Source of the DNA: Candidatus Azotimanducus sp.
GTDB taxonomy: Bacteria; Pseudomonadota; Gammaproteobacteria; Pseudomonadales; Azotimanducaceae
DNA: 64,000 nucleotides
NCBI GenBank assembly: GCA_965220185.1
Contig: OZ244807.1
Span: 2,578,956-2,642,955, forward strand
Reading direction: 5' to 3'
Shown here: in pieces, positions 37,271 to 47,019 of the stretch
Numbering within the stretch: the stretch's first letter is position 1
How the letters are laid out: every line of letters starts with the position of its first letter
The notes under the pieces: generated by a model
What the model was told of the DNA's origin: nothing
The model's database searches: none
The model's input: the letters and a program-made list of their open reading frames with translations, nothing else
Translations under genes and position numbers: made by a program

Positions 37271-38158
37271 CTATGTGATTCCCTTTTCTATCGCATTCAA
37301 CGCCGGGTGCTGGCGTTCACTACAGCGCATCTTCTCAGGAAGATGATCGCGGACATATTCGATCATGTCGTCTTTCCGTGGGTCTTTGTGCCATGCCTGC
37401 GCCAGTCGATGGCCCACGCGATTGAAACCTGATTCGCGCTGTGCCATTACGGTCAAAGTTCTCTGTATTTCATCGAGAATATCTTGATGAGCGGGGGCAC
37501 CGTGCAGCGGCCATGATGCGCCCAAAACAATGTGATACAAGAACAGCAATCCCGTCTCGGTTGCATAATTCTCATGCAGAAAAGCGTCCTGTTCAAAGAG
37601 GAAGTATGGCTCTTCGATGTCAAAGGTCGTTGCGTTCTGCGCAGCCCATTGATGGATCTTGGCGTGATCCATATTCGCGTCACTCGTGATCAGAATTTTC
37701 GTGTTGGTCGCGAGCGCTTCCGAGACAATGACAGCATCGGCATGGTCGGCAGTGTCAATCCCCATTTTCAGGTCGGGGAAAGCGCTCCTATCCAGCGCAT
37801 CGCAAATTGCTTCCGCTTTCTCCTGTTCGCGAGCGGACAGCAGTCGGACTTGATACAGGCTATCCGTATCTAGAAATGCGTTCGCCCACCACAGAATACT
37901 TTGCCCCCATCTGCGCTGCTTGGGCGTGAGGGTATTCGCTTGAGCGTGCAGTGCCTTTTCCGTAGCTTCGATACCAAGCTCGATTGAATATGGATTGATC
38001 CTGTTGCCCGTCAGTTCGCCAGCGATTTTGGGAAGCAGGTACACGGGTTCGCCTTCAAGTTCCCGCCAGCACGCATTGAATTTCCGCTGCGTGACTTTTC
38101 CAAGTCTGTTGGTGTCGAAGGTAAGCATTGCATAAAAGTTCAGCGTGAAGGCGTCCAC
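37271..38158 (-). CDS. PIN-like domain protein with a C-terminal extension
   Basis: 295-aa ORF with the N-terminal motif LTFDTNRL, then DHADAVIVSEALATNTKILITSD. This matches the acidic-residue pattern of PIN nucleases. Confidence 0.55.
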   Translation of the reverse strand: MDAFTLNFYAMLTFDTNRLGKVTQRKFNACWRELEGEPVYLLPKIAGELTGNRINPYSIELGIEATEKALHAQANTLTPKQRRWGQSILWWANAFLDTDSLYQVRLLSAREQEKAEAICDALDRSAFPDLKMGIDTADHADAVIVSEALATNTKILITSDANMDHAKIHQWAAQNATTFDIEEPYFLFEQDAFLHENYATETGLLFLYHIVLGASWPLHGAPAHQDILDEIQRTLTVMAQRESGFNRVGHRLAQAWHKDPRKDDMIEYVRDHLPEKMRCSERQHPALNAIEKGIT

Positions 38159-38400
38159 TCGGCTTTTGCGTCAAGTGTGCGTCGAGTAGTCTTTTCTAAG
38201 CGGGCTTGATCGCTCGGTGAGCGCATAGGGTAATCCTCTTTCGACAGCAGGTGTTCGGGGTATTCTCGCCCCTTGCAGAGACCTAAAGCCCCACGTTGAC
38301 GCTTTCGCCAAGCCTGTGGAATCCACGCTTCGATGGCTTCGGATGTCCATCGCTTGCGCCTGACCAGAATTTCTTCGATGGATTCGCCATCACTCATCAC
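38140..38400 (-). CDS. Small hypothetical protein upstream of, and overlapping, the PIN-like gene (antitoxin candidate)
   Basis: 86-aa basic ORF that overlaps 37271..38158 by 19 nt. No recognised motif. Confidence 0.35.
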   Translation of the reverse strand: MMSDGESIEEILVRRKRWTSEAIEAWIPQAWRKRQRGALGLCKGREYPEHLLSKEDYPMRSPSDQARLEKTTRRTLDAKAEWTPSR

Positions 38401-38485
38401 GGACTGTTCCGTCGGATATGTGTGGTCGCGATTATATCGAGAGCGCGTGCGTGGTCGGGTAATCCAGAGGATTTCGCCGCAATTC

Positions 38486-39433
38486 TCACACCAAATTCAT
38501 CGCTTCCCCTCGCAAATACGCCTCGATGTTCTCAATCGTCATGCGGCTTAAGCTTCGCTGCGCCTGCAAGCCTGCGAAGGCAACGTGTGGCGTGACGATG
38601 ACATTGGGACGACCGCTGATGCGCATGAGCGGCGAGTCGGGTGGTGGCGGCTCGACTGGCGCGACATCGATGCCGGCACCGGCGATCCAGCCTTCTTCAA
38701 TCGCCTGACAAAGTGCGTCGCCATCGACGATCTCGCCGCGTGCCGTGTTGATCAAGAGCGCGCTCGGTTTCATCAATCGAAGCTGCTCTTCATTGATCAG
38801 TCCATAGGTGCGCGCGCTCAGGGGCGTGTGACAGGAGACGATGTCTGATTCGGCGAGCAGCGTCTCGAATGCAACGCCCTCGATATCCGTGCGCCTGCTC
38901 GGACTGTGGAACATAACCTTCATGCCGAAGACGCGGGCGCGCGCCGCCACAGCCTTGGCAATCGCGCCGCTGCCAATCAGTCCGAGCACTGAGCCATTCA
39001 GCTCCAGAATCGGCCGGTTGAAGAAGCAGAACTGGCCGGAGTCCTGCCATGCGCCCGCCATCACTTGCTGTCGATACTCAAAAAGATTTCGCCTAAGGCT
39101 CAGCATGAGCGCCAGCGTATGTTCGGCGGCTGAAGTCTCGGCGTAGCCAGGCACGTTGCACACCGCAATGTCATGGCGGCGAGCGGCTTCGATATCAATG
39201 ATATTGGTGCCTGTGGCAATCACCGCAATGAGCGTGAGGCTCGGCAATGCCTCCATGTGCATGGCCTGAATAGGCACCTTGTTGGTGATCGCAACTTCTG
39301 CGCCCTGCAAACGCTCGATGACTTGCGCCGGCGCGCTGCGCTCGAACTCGTGCCAAGCGTGCGCAAAGCCGGGCGGCGGAATTTCGACATCGCGGCTGAT
39401 CGTGCCGCGGTCAAGAAAGACGATTTTCGACAT
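38486..39433 (-). CDS. D-isomer-specific 2-hydroxyacid dehydrogenase (glycerate dehydrogenase / hydroxypyruvate reductase-like)
   Basis: From ATG 39433 the protein begins MSKIVFLDRG. It has the NAD-binding motif GLIGSGAIAKAVA, and the catalytic region NTARGEIVD...DVAPVEP...TPHVAF. The track ORF extends to 39670. Confidence 0.88.
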   Translation of the reverse strand: MSKIVFLDRGTISRDVEIPPPGFAHAWHEFERSAPAQVIERLQGAEVAITNKVPIQAMHMEALPSLTLIAVIATGTNIIDIEAARRHDIAVCNVPGYAETSAAEHTLALMLSLRRNLFEYRQQVMAGAWQDSGQFCFFNRPILELNGSVLGLIGSGAIAKAVAARARVFGMKVMFHSPSRRTDIEGVAFETLLAESDIVSCHTPLSARTYGLINEEQLRLMKPSALLINTARGEIVDGDALCQAIEEGWIAGAGIDVAPVEPPPPDSPLMRISGRPNVIVTPHVAFAGLQAQRSLSRMTIENIEAYLRGEAMNLV

Positions 39434-39639
39434 GGGGGCAAGTCCGTACAATATGCTTCTTTGTTTCGCGAGCTCAGCGGAGGCCGCCTGATGATGCCAT
39501 CGCCGCACGCGCTCGATGCGCACAAGTTCGCACGGCAAGCCCCGCTCGTGCAACAGCTTGCGCGCGAGATATGGAACGACTTCCCGCTGGCGCCTGCCTA
39601 CGCGCAGGTCGGCAACATCGAACTGCTGAGAAGCGTCGC

Positions 39640-40818
39640 ATGAGCGAATTCGATTTCGACACGCGCTCAAATCGGGGCGGAACGGGAGCTGTCAAGTGGA
39701 CGCGCTACGGGCCTGACAACCGGGATGAGATGCTGCCGTTTTGGGTGGCGGACATGGACTTCAGAATTGCGCCCGTCATCCAAGAGGCGCTGCGAGCGCG
39801 CCTCGACCATGGCTTCTTGGGGTACTCCGAACCGACGGCAAGCTTGTCCGAAGCGTTCATCGAATGGCTCCGTGCGCAGTACGCCTGGCAGGTGCATGAA
39901 GACTGGCTGGTGTGGATTCCTGGCGTGGTGCCAGGTTTCAACCTCGCCTGCGCAGTGCTCGAAGACCAAGGCGCGTCCATCATGATGAACACGCCGGTCT
40001 ACTACCCGTTTCTCGATGCGCCGCAGAACATGGGGCATCGTCCGATCTATGCGCCCTTGGCCCAGGACGCATCGCGACCAGCCGAGATCGATTTCGAACT
40101 CATGCGCACGCGCATTGAGAAGGACACGCGCATGTTTCTCGCCTGCAATCCGCAGAACCCAACCGGGCGCGTGTACTCGGAAGATGAACTCAAGGCCCTC
40201 GCCGAGTTCTGCATGACGCACGATCTGCTCATTTGCTCGGATGAGATTCACTCGCCGCTCGTGCTCGATACCGAGCGCGCGCACCACACGATTGCGACAG
40301 TCGTGCCGGACATTGAATCCAAGCTCATCGCCCTGTTCGCGCCGTCCAAAGCATGGAACTTCGCGGGCCTTGGCTGCGGCGTCGCGGTGATTCCCGATGC
40401 GGGCCTGCGCACAAGATTCCGCGCCGCGCACAACGGTTTGGTACCGATGATGAATCCGATGTCTATGACCGCAGCCGAGGCTGCATACCGGCACGGTGAA
40501 CCTTGGCGACAAGCGCTCTTGGCGTACCTGCGCGAAAATCATCGAATCTTGCATGACCGAGTGAACAGGCTTTCCGGCGTTCACATGCACGCCGTCGAAG
40601 GGACCTACTTGGCTTGGATTGACGTGTCGTCTTTGCAACTCAACTCGCCCGCCGAGTGGCTGCGGTCTTTTGGCATCGCGCTTTCGGAAGGCGCACAGTT
40701 CCAAGGACCGGAGTATGTCCGCTTCAACTTCGCATGTCCAAGATCCATGCTGCGGGCAGGCATTGACCGATTCGAGACCGGCATTCGCGCAGCCATTGAA
40801 CAGAGAATTCACACATGA
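39640..40818 (+). CDS. PatB/MalY-type PLP-dependent C-S lyase (cystathionine beta-lyase-like aminotransferase class I/II)
   Basis: From ATG 39640 the protein begins MSEFDFDTRSNRGGTGAVKWTRY...MLPFWVADMDF. The PLP lysine region is FAPSKAWNFAGLG. Confidence 0.85.
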   Translation: MSEFDFDTRSNRGGTGAVKWTRYGPDNRDEMLPFWVADMDFRIAPVIQEALRARLDHGFLGYSEPTASLSEAFIEWLRAQYAWQVHEDWLVWIPGVVPGFNLACAVLEDQGASIMMNTPVYYPFLDAPQNMGHRPIYAPLAQDASRPAEIDFELMRTRIEKDTRMFLACNPQNPTGRVYSEDELKALAEFCMTHDLLICSDEIHSPLVLDTERAHHTIATVVPDIESKLIALFAPSKAWNFAGLGCGVAVIPDAGLRTRFRAAHNGLVPMMNPMSMTAAEAAYRHGEPWRQALLAYLRENHRILHDRVNRLSGVHMHAVEGTYLAWIDVSSLQLNSPAEWLRSFGIALSEGAQFQGPEYVRFNFACPRSMLRAGIDRFETGIRAAIEQRIHT

Positions 40819-42308
40819 GCACGGTTCTTGCCCTTGATCAGGGCACATCAAGTTCGCGCGCGATTGTGTTCAACACCAGCGGCGAAATTCTCGGCATCGG
40901 CACTCAGCCGCTTGCATCGCACTACCCTGCACCTGGCCATGTCGAGCAGGACCCAGAAGCGATTTGGCTAGGTACGCTCCAATCGGCGCGGGATGCGATT
41001 GACAAGGCGGGTGTGAAGGCGAGCGATTTGCTCGGCATTGGTATCGCCAACCAGCGTGAGACCTGCATTTTCTGGCACCGTCAGACCGGCGAAGCACTTA
41101 GGCCTGCAATTGTCTGGCAAGACCGGCGCACGGCCGAGACGTGTGAACGGATGCGACGCGATGGCTTGGCGCAGACGGTCTCGGAGGCCACAGGATTAGT
41201 GCTCGACCCCTACTTTTCGTCAACAAAGATCGCGTGGCGCCTGAATCAGGACGCACATCTCAAAGTGCTCGCCGAAAAGGGCGAACTATGCTGCGGCACC
41301 ATCGATGCCTTTTTGATCGCACGCTTGACCGGCAAGCACGCCACCGACGCGACCAATGCCTCGCGCACGCAGCTTTTTGATATCAATCGCCAAGTTTGGC
41401 ACCAGGACTTGCTCGACTATCACCGTATCCCGGCCTCAATCCTGCCTGAAGTGCTCGATTCCACAGACGACTACGGCACAACACCCCGCGAACTGCTCGG
41501 CGCGCCTCTGCCCGTGCTCGGGGTCGCTGGCGACCAGCAAGCAGCATTGATCGGCCAGGGCTGCTTCTCAGTCGGCGCCACCAAGGCCACCTACGGCACT
41601 GGCTGCTTCGTCATGAGCAACACCGGCCACGAACGGCTGGCATCTCAGCACCAGCTGTTGTCAACGATCGGCTACCGTGTGAATGGGACAACCATCTATG
41701 CGCTCGAAGCGAGCCTATTTGTCGCGGGCATGGCAATCAAGTGGCTGCGCGACAACATTGGCCTCATCGACAGCGCCGAAGACACCGAAGCCTGTGCGAG
41801 AGAGACCGGCGGCGATACCGGCGGCGTCTTGTTCGTGCCAGCGCTGTCGGGGCTTGGCGCACCGTATTGGCAGCCGAATGCTCGCGGGCTGATCCGTGGC
41901 TTGAGCCTCGATACCACACGCGCCCAGCTCGTCACCGCCGTGCTCGCCAGCATCGGCTATTCGACCGCCGAATTGCTCGATGTCATGGCGCAGGACGGTG
42001 CGACCACCGAGGCGCTGCAGATCGACGGCGGCATGGTCGTCAATAGCTGGCTTTGCCAGTGGATCGCAGATATTTGCCAAGTGCCGGTTGAACGCCCGAA
42101 GGTTGCCGAATCCACGGCGCTCGGTGCGGCAATGCTGACGTTGCTTGGCGCGGGCGAGTATTCATCGCTTGACGAATGTACCGCCATGCGACAAGTTGAT
42201 CAGGTTTTTGTAGCGCGCCCAATGCCTGTGGACGCGCGTATGCGTGCATGGCGCAAAGCCGTGAAAACGGTGATATCCGACGGTCTAGCGACGCACGCGA
42301 ACACTTGA
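40815..42308 (+). CDS. glpK: Glycerol kinase
   Basis: 497-aa ORF with the N-terminal motif LALDQGTSSSRAIVF, then IANQRETCIFW and GAPYWQPNARG. Confidence 0.93.
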   Translation: MSTVLALDQGTSSSRAIVFNTSGEILGIGTQPLASHYPAPGHVEQDPEAIWLGTLQSARDAIDKAGVKASDLLGIGIANQRETCIFWHRQTGEALRPAIVWQDRRTAETCERMRRDGLAQTVSEATGLVLDPYFSSTKIAWRLNQDAHLKVLAEKGELCCGTIDAFLIARLTGKHATDATNASRTQLFDINRQVWHQDLLDYHRIPASILPEVLDSTDDYGTTPRELLGAPLPVLGVAGDQQAALIGQGCFSVGATKATYGTGCFVMSNTGHERLASQHQLLSTIGYRVNGTTIYALEASLFVAGMAIKWLRDNIGLIDSAEDTEACARETGGDTGGVLFVPALSGLGAPYWQPNARGLIRGLSLDTTRAQLVTAVLASIGYSTAELLDVMAQDGATTEALQIDGGMVVNSWLCQWIADICQVPVERPKVAESTALGAAMLTLLGAGEYSSLDECTAMRQVDQVFVARPMPVDARMRAWRKAVKTVISDGLATHANT

Positions 42309-42437
42309 AGCACGCACCAGCGCTTCGACTTCGGCGATGTGGTCGATCTCGTGGCGCTTTGCCCGCAGACAGCCGGACCGGGAACGCAAAACGCCTGCTT
42401 GGTGTAAGGTGCGCCATTCCTGCTTACGAGACGCACG

Positions 42438-44078
42438 ATGAGCACGAATTTCCACTTGGCCAATCTCTTTGAAACCGTCGCCGACGCCTACCCGGACCGC
42501 GCCGCCATCATTGCCTGCCACGAGCACCGGCCAACGGACGTGCGCACATGGGGCGAGCTTGACGAGCGCGCATCGCGCATCGCAAGCCTGCTCGTTGAGT
42601 CGGGACTCAAGCCGCAGTCCAAGTTCGGCATCTATATGCGCAACCGCGCTGAGTACATGGAAGCGCATCTCGCAGGATTCAAGGCGCGCATGGTGCCGAT
42701 CAATGTCAACTACCGCTATCAAGCCGAAGAGCTTGTCTACCTGCTCGACAACGCCGACGCCGAGGCGGTCTTCTTCCAAGAGGAGTTCGCGCCCCGCATC
42801 ACGGAAATTCGCGAGAAACTGTCGAAGGTCAGGACATATGTGCAGGTGAACGATGATGGCACCTCGCGGGCAGACTGGGCACTGGCGTATGAAGCGGCGC
42901 TCGCGAGCGCCAGTCCGATGGCGCGCATCGAGCGACCGAGCTCCGATGTCTACATGCTCTACACCGGCGGCACCACGGGCATGCCGAAAGGTGTCATGTA
43001 TTCGCAAGGCGAGTTCACCGCCCGCCTGAGCCTCGGTCTGATGCTGCGCGGCGTCGCACCACCGACAAGCCTTGATGAAGTGCCCGGACGAATCGAACAA
43101 CTGGCGGGCGTTGAAGCGCAGAACGTGAGCCTGTGCGCCTGTCCCCTGATGCACGGCACCGGCATTTGGCTCGGCCATATCGCGGTCGCATATCTCGGCG
43201 GCACAACGCTCACCATGTCGCACCCCCGTTTCGATGCCGACACCTTGTGGCAACTCGCCGAAGAGCACGCTGCCACGGACATTGTCATCGTCGGCGACGC
43301 CTTCGCCAAGCCCATGCTCACGGCGCTGCAAAGCGCTGCCGAAGGCGGCCACCCTTACAATATCAGCAGCGTCAAACGCATGATCTCAAGCGGTGTCATG
43401 TGGAGCCGCGAAGTCAAGGATGCCCTGCTCGAGTTTGGCGAAATGTACCTGATGGATGCATTTGGCTCATCCGAAGGCGGCATGGGCATGTCCATCTCCG
43501 CACGCGGCGCGGCAGCCGAAACCGCGAAGTTCGCGCTCAACCAGGGCGTCAAAGTCTTTGATGAAAACGACGAGCTGATCGAACCTGGCTCAGATGCGAT
43601 TGGCATGGTCGGCCTCTCCGACGGGGTGCCGCTCGGCTACTACAAGGACGAAGCCAAGTCGGCGAAGACGTTTCGTGAGATTGACGGCGTTCGCTACAGC
43701 TTCCCCGGCGACTTCGCCAAGGTCGAAGCAGACGGCTCGGTGACATTGCTTGGCAGAGGCAGCAACTGCATCAACACCGGCGGCGAGAAAGTGTTTCCGG
43801 AGGAAGTCGAAGAAGCCTTGAAACGCAACCCGGATGTGCTTGACTGCCTCGTCGTTGGCGTTGCCGATGAGCGTTTCGGACAGCGCATCGTCGCTGTGAC
43901 GAGCCTTGCCGAAGGGTCGAGTCCGACGGCCGATGAGATTGTCGCTGCGACCAAGGCGCACCTGTCCGGCTTCAAGCTGCCAAGACAGGTCATATTAGTC
44001 GATCAAGTGCAGCGCGCGGTCAACGGCAAGGCCGATTACGCTTGGGCAAAAGACGTGGCGGAAGCGGCCGCCGGGTAA
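42438..44078 (+). CDS. Acyl-CoA synthetase (AMP-binding, FadD3-like)
   Basis: 546-aa ORF with YTGGTTGMPKGV, GSSEG and GRGSNCINTGGEKVFPEEVE. Confidence 0.88.
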   Translation: MSTNFHLANLFETVADAYPDRAAIIACHEHRPTDVRTWGELDERASRIASLLVESGLKPQSKFGIYMRNRAEYMEAHLAGFKARMVPINVNYRYQAEELVYLLDNADAEAVFFQEEFAPRITEIREKLSKVRTYVQVNDDGTSRADWALAYEAALASASPMARIERPSSDVYMLYTGGTTGMPKGVMYSQGEFTARLSLGLMLRGVAPPTSLDEVPGRIEQLAGVEAQNVSLCACPLMHGTGIWLGHIAVAYLGGTTLTMSHPRFDADTLWQLAEEHAATDIVIVGDAFAKPMLTALQSAAEGGHPYNISSVKRMISSGVMWSREVKDALLEFGEMYLMDAFGSSEGGMGMSISARGAAAETAKFALNQGVKVFDENDELIEPGSDAIGMVGLSDGVPLGYYKDEAKSAKTFREIDGVRYSFPGDFAKVEADGSVTLLGRGSNCINTGGEKVFPEEVEEALKRNPDVLDCLVVGVADERFGQRIVAVTSLAEGSSPTADEIVAATKAHLSGFKLPRQVILVDQVQRAVNGKADYAWAKDVAEAAAG

Positions 44079-44083
44079 GCGAC

Positions 44084-45259
44084 ATGCCAGGACCGCTTGC
44101 CGGCGTTCGCATCATCGACCTGACGAGCATGGTGTCAGGGCCGGCCTGCACCATGCTGCTCGCCGATCAAGGCGCCGATGTCATCAAGGTCGAGCCGAAA
44201 GAAGTCGATTTGGTGCGGCGCATGTCTGATCGTGGCCATGGCATGTCAACGGGTTTCATTTCCTTGAATCGCGGCAAGCGCTCGATCGCGCTTGATCTGA
44301 AGAGCGATGCAGGCAGAGAGGCGCTCGCCGACCTCATTCCAACGGCGGATATCTTTGTGCAGAATTTCAGGCCCGGAACGATTGAACGCATGGGGTTTGG
44401 CGAAGAGACAGTTCGCGCGCTTCGCGACGACATCATCTATGTGTCGATCAGCGGCTTCGGCTCAGAGGGCCCGTATGCGGCGAAGCGCGTTTACGACCCA
44501 GTGATCCAAGCGCTTTCCGGCCTCGCCGATATTCAAAGCGATGGCGCGACGGGCAGGCCGAAAATGATGCGCACCATCATTCCCGACAAGACCACAGCGC
44601 TCGCCGCCGCTCAAGCTGTGACCGCAGCGCTCTTTGCGCGGGAAAGAACCGGGATTGGTCAACATGTGCGCCTCGCCATGCTTGATGCCATGGTCGCGTA
44701 TCTTTGGCCCGAGGGCCTCGTGGGTCACACCCTCGTGGGCCGCGAAGTACACGGCTCGCGCGCGCAGTTCGCGCAAGACCTTGTGTTCGAGACCGAGGAC
44801 GGCTATATCACTGTTGGCGCTGTCTCCGATATCGAGTGGCACGGTCTCTGTCGCGCCACGGGCAAAGACGAATGGCTTACGGACGAGCGCTTCAAAACGA
44901 CCTCCGGACGCGTCAAGAACGCGGCGGCGCGCATTGAACTCTTGCAAGCTGTGCTGCGCGACGGATGTAGCGAAGAATGGCTGCGGAAGTTCGATGAAGA
45001 AGGCGTCCCGTGCGCGCCCATATTGCGGCGCGAAGAGGTCTACACGCACGAGCAAATCAAGGTCAACGACCTGATGCGCGAGTTCGATCATCCAGTGGTT
45101 GGCCGCGTGCGCCAGCCGAGGCCCGCGGCGCACTTTGATCGAACGCCGGAAGGCATCGCCAGCCCGGCGCCTAGAATCGGCGAGCACGGACGCGAGATCC
45201 TTGAGTCGCTTGGCTATTCGCCAGAGCGGATTGCAGCGAGTTTGTCGGCCGGTACTTAA
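44084..45259 (+). CDS. CoA-transferase family III (CaiB/BaiF)
   Basis: From ATG 44084 the protein begins MPGPLAGVRIIDLTSMVSGPACTMLLADQGADVIKVE, followed by FISLNRGKRSIALDLK. The track ORF starts at 44042. Confidence 0.88.
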   Translation: MPGPLAGVRIIDLTSMVSGPACTMLLADQGADVIKVEPKEVDLVRRMSDRGHGMSTGFISLNRGKRSIALDLKSDAGREALADLIPTADIFVQNFRPGTIERMGFGEETVRALRDDIIYVSISGFGSEGPYAAKRVYDPVIQALSGLADIQSDGATGRPKMMRTIIPDKTTALAAAQAVTAALFARERTGIGQHVRLAMLDAMVAYLWPEGLVGHTLVGREVHGSRAQFAQDLVFETEDGYITVGAVSDIEWHGLCRATGKDEWLTDERFKTTSGRVKNAAARIELLQAVLRDGCSEEWLRKFDEEGVPCAPILRREEVYTHEQIKVNDLMREFDHPVVGRVRQPRPAAHFDRTPEGIASPAPRIGEHGREILESLGYSPERIAASLSAGT

Positions 45260-45296
45260 ATCATAACCTGAGAGCAGACAACAAAAGGAACGCTAA

Positions 45297-46940
45297 ATGG
45301 GCATGCAACGAATCCCACTATTGATGTCCACCTTGATGGAGAACGGTGCGCGAGTCGCGCCGGATGTTGAAATTGTCACCGCCACCGCATCAGGTGCCAA
45401 GGTGCTGAACTACGGCCAGGTCCGCACTCGCGCCCACCAGCTTGCGCACGCGCTTGCCGCGGCAGGCGTCAAGCAGGGCGACCGCGTTGGCACTTTCCTG
45501 TGGAACGAGCACCGGCATCTTGAGTGCTACCACGCCATCTGCAGCATGGGCGCGGTCTTGCACACCATCAATATTCGCCTTGGGGCGGCGGACCTCGAAT
45601 ACATCATCAACCACGCCGAAGACAGCATCATCATCGCGAGCGCCGACCTGCTGCCAGTGCTTGAGTCGATCGCAAGTCAACTTGAATGCGTGCGCAAGGT
45701 CATTGTCGCTGTCGATGAGGGATTTGAGAATTGGCAGACGAGCCTGCCGGACGCCGAAGATTACGAAGCATTCATTGCCCCGCACCCTGACAAGTACGAT
45801 TGGCCAGTGCTCGACGAGAACGCGCCGCTTGGCCTGTGCTACACCAGCGGTACCACCGGCCACCCCAAGGGGGTTGAATATGAGCACCGATCACAATATC
45901 TGCATACCTTCGCGCAGTGCATGACCGACGCCATGTCGCTCTCGGCCACCGACTGCATCATGGGCATCGTGCCGATGTTCCATGCGTTTGGCTGGGGCAT
46001 TCCCTTCGCAGCGACCATGCTCGGTGCCCGCCAAGTGCTGCCGAGCCGCCACATGACACCAGCTACGCTCTGCCGCCTGATGGCCGATCAAGAGGTGACG
46101 ATTTCCGCTGGCGTGCCGACGATTTGGCAAGGCTTTCGCTCCGTCTATGAGGCCAATCCCGAGGCCTACGATTTTTCACATCTTGAGCGCGTCACCTGCG
46201 GCGGATCAGCGCCGCCGCCCTCGCTGATCGAGTGGTTCTGGAACAGGCTTGGCGTCGAAATGATTCAAGGCTGGGGGATGACGGAAACCTCGCCGCTCGC
46301 AACACTCTCGCGAAACCAAATGAAGTATACCGACAAGGCGCTTTCCGACGAGCAGCGCTTCGCAAACATGGCGAAGGCAGGGCAGGTCATGGCGGGGCTT
46401 GAAGTCGAGATCTTTGATGAGTCCTTTCGCCCTCTTCCACACGATGGCGAGACCGTTGGCGAGATTCTCATTCGCGGGCCGTGGATCTGTTCCGAGTACT
46501 ACAAGAACCCGCAGCCGGAGAAGTTCCACGATGGCTGGCTCGTCACCGGTGATGTCGGCATGATCGACGAGGCGCAGTACCTGATTATCAACGATCGTTC
46601 AAAGGATCTCGTCAAAAGCGGTGGTGAATGGATTTCCTCGGTCGATCTTGAGAATCACATCGTTGCCCTCGAAGGCGTCGTGCAAGCCTGCGTGGTTGCC
46701 GTGCCGCATCCCAAGTGGGACGAACGCCCGGTGGCTCTGGTCGTGCCAAGCTCGACAGGCTCGGTGGAAGCCGATGCCATCATCGCCCACTGTGCCGAGA
46801 AGTTTGCCAAATGGCAGTTGCCGGACGATGTGATCTTCGTTGATGCGGTGCCCTTGACCTCAACCGGCAAGATGGACAAGAAGGTCGTGCGCGCCGACCT
46901 GCAAAGGCAGGGCTACCTGCTGCCGGACTTACGGCAATAG
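45297..46940 (+). CDS. Long-chain fatty acid-CoA ligase (AMP-binding)
   Basis: 547-aa ORF with YTSGTTGHPKGV, GWGMTETSP and DRSKDLVKSGGEWISS. Confidence 0.9.
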   Translation: MGMQRIPLLMSTLMENGARVAPDVEIVTATASGAKVLNYGQVRTRAHQLAHALAAAGVKQGDRVGTFLWNEHRHLECYHAICSMGAVLHTINIRLGAADLEYIINHAEDSIIIASADLLPVLESIASQLECVRKVIVAVDEGFENWQTSLPDAEDYEAFIAPHPDKYDWPVLDENAPLGLCYTSGTTGHPKGVEYEHRSQYLHTFAQCMTDAMSLSATDCIMGIVPMFHAFGWGIPFAATMLGARQVLPSRHMTPATLCRLMADQEVTISAGVPTIWQGFRSVYEANPEAYDFSHLERVTCGGSAPPPSLIEWFWNRLGVEMIQGWGMTETSPLATLSRNQMKYTDKALSDEQRFANMAKAGQVMAGLEVEIFDESFRPLPHDGETVGEILIRGPWICSEYYKNPQPEKFHDGWLVTGDVGMIDEAQYLIINDRSKDLVKSGGEWISSVDLENHIVALEGVVQACVVAVPHPKWDERPVALVVPSSTGSVEADAIIAHCAEKFAKWQLPDDVIFVDAVPLTSTGKMDKKVVRADLQRQGYLLPDLRQ

Positions 46941-47019
46941 ACAGGCGCATTGCGAATGCGGGCGAGAGCGCAATCCGCCCCTGCGGACTGAGCCTCGCAC
47001 CGACATACCGTGCGAAACA

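Noticed and set aside
39667-45187. Long minus-strand ORFs opposite the patB-like, acyl-CoA synthetase and CoA-transferase genes (39667..40851, 42285..43352, 44462..45187)
   Set aside because: Each is fully contained in, and antisense to, a plus-strand gene with clear enzyme motifs. They have no motifs of their own.
46941-47019. A possible bidirectional terminator between the convergent CoA-ligase and autotransporter genes
   Set aside because: Only short imperfect stems are present (for example GGGCG...CGCCC), with no flanking T/A runs.
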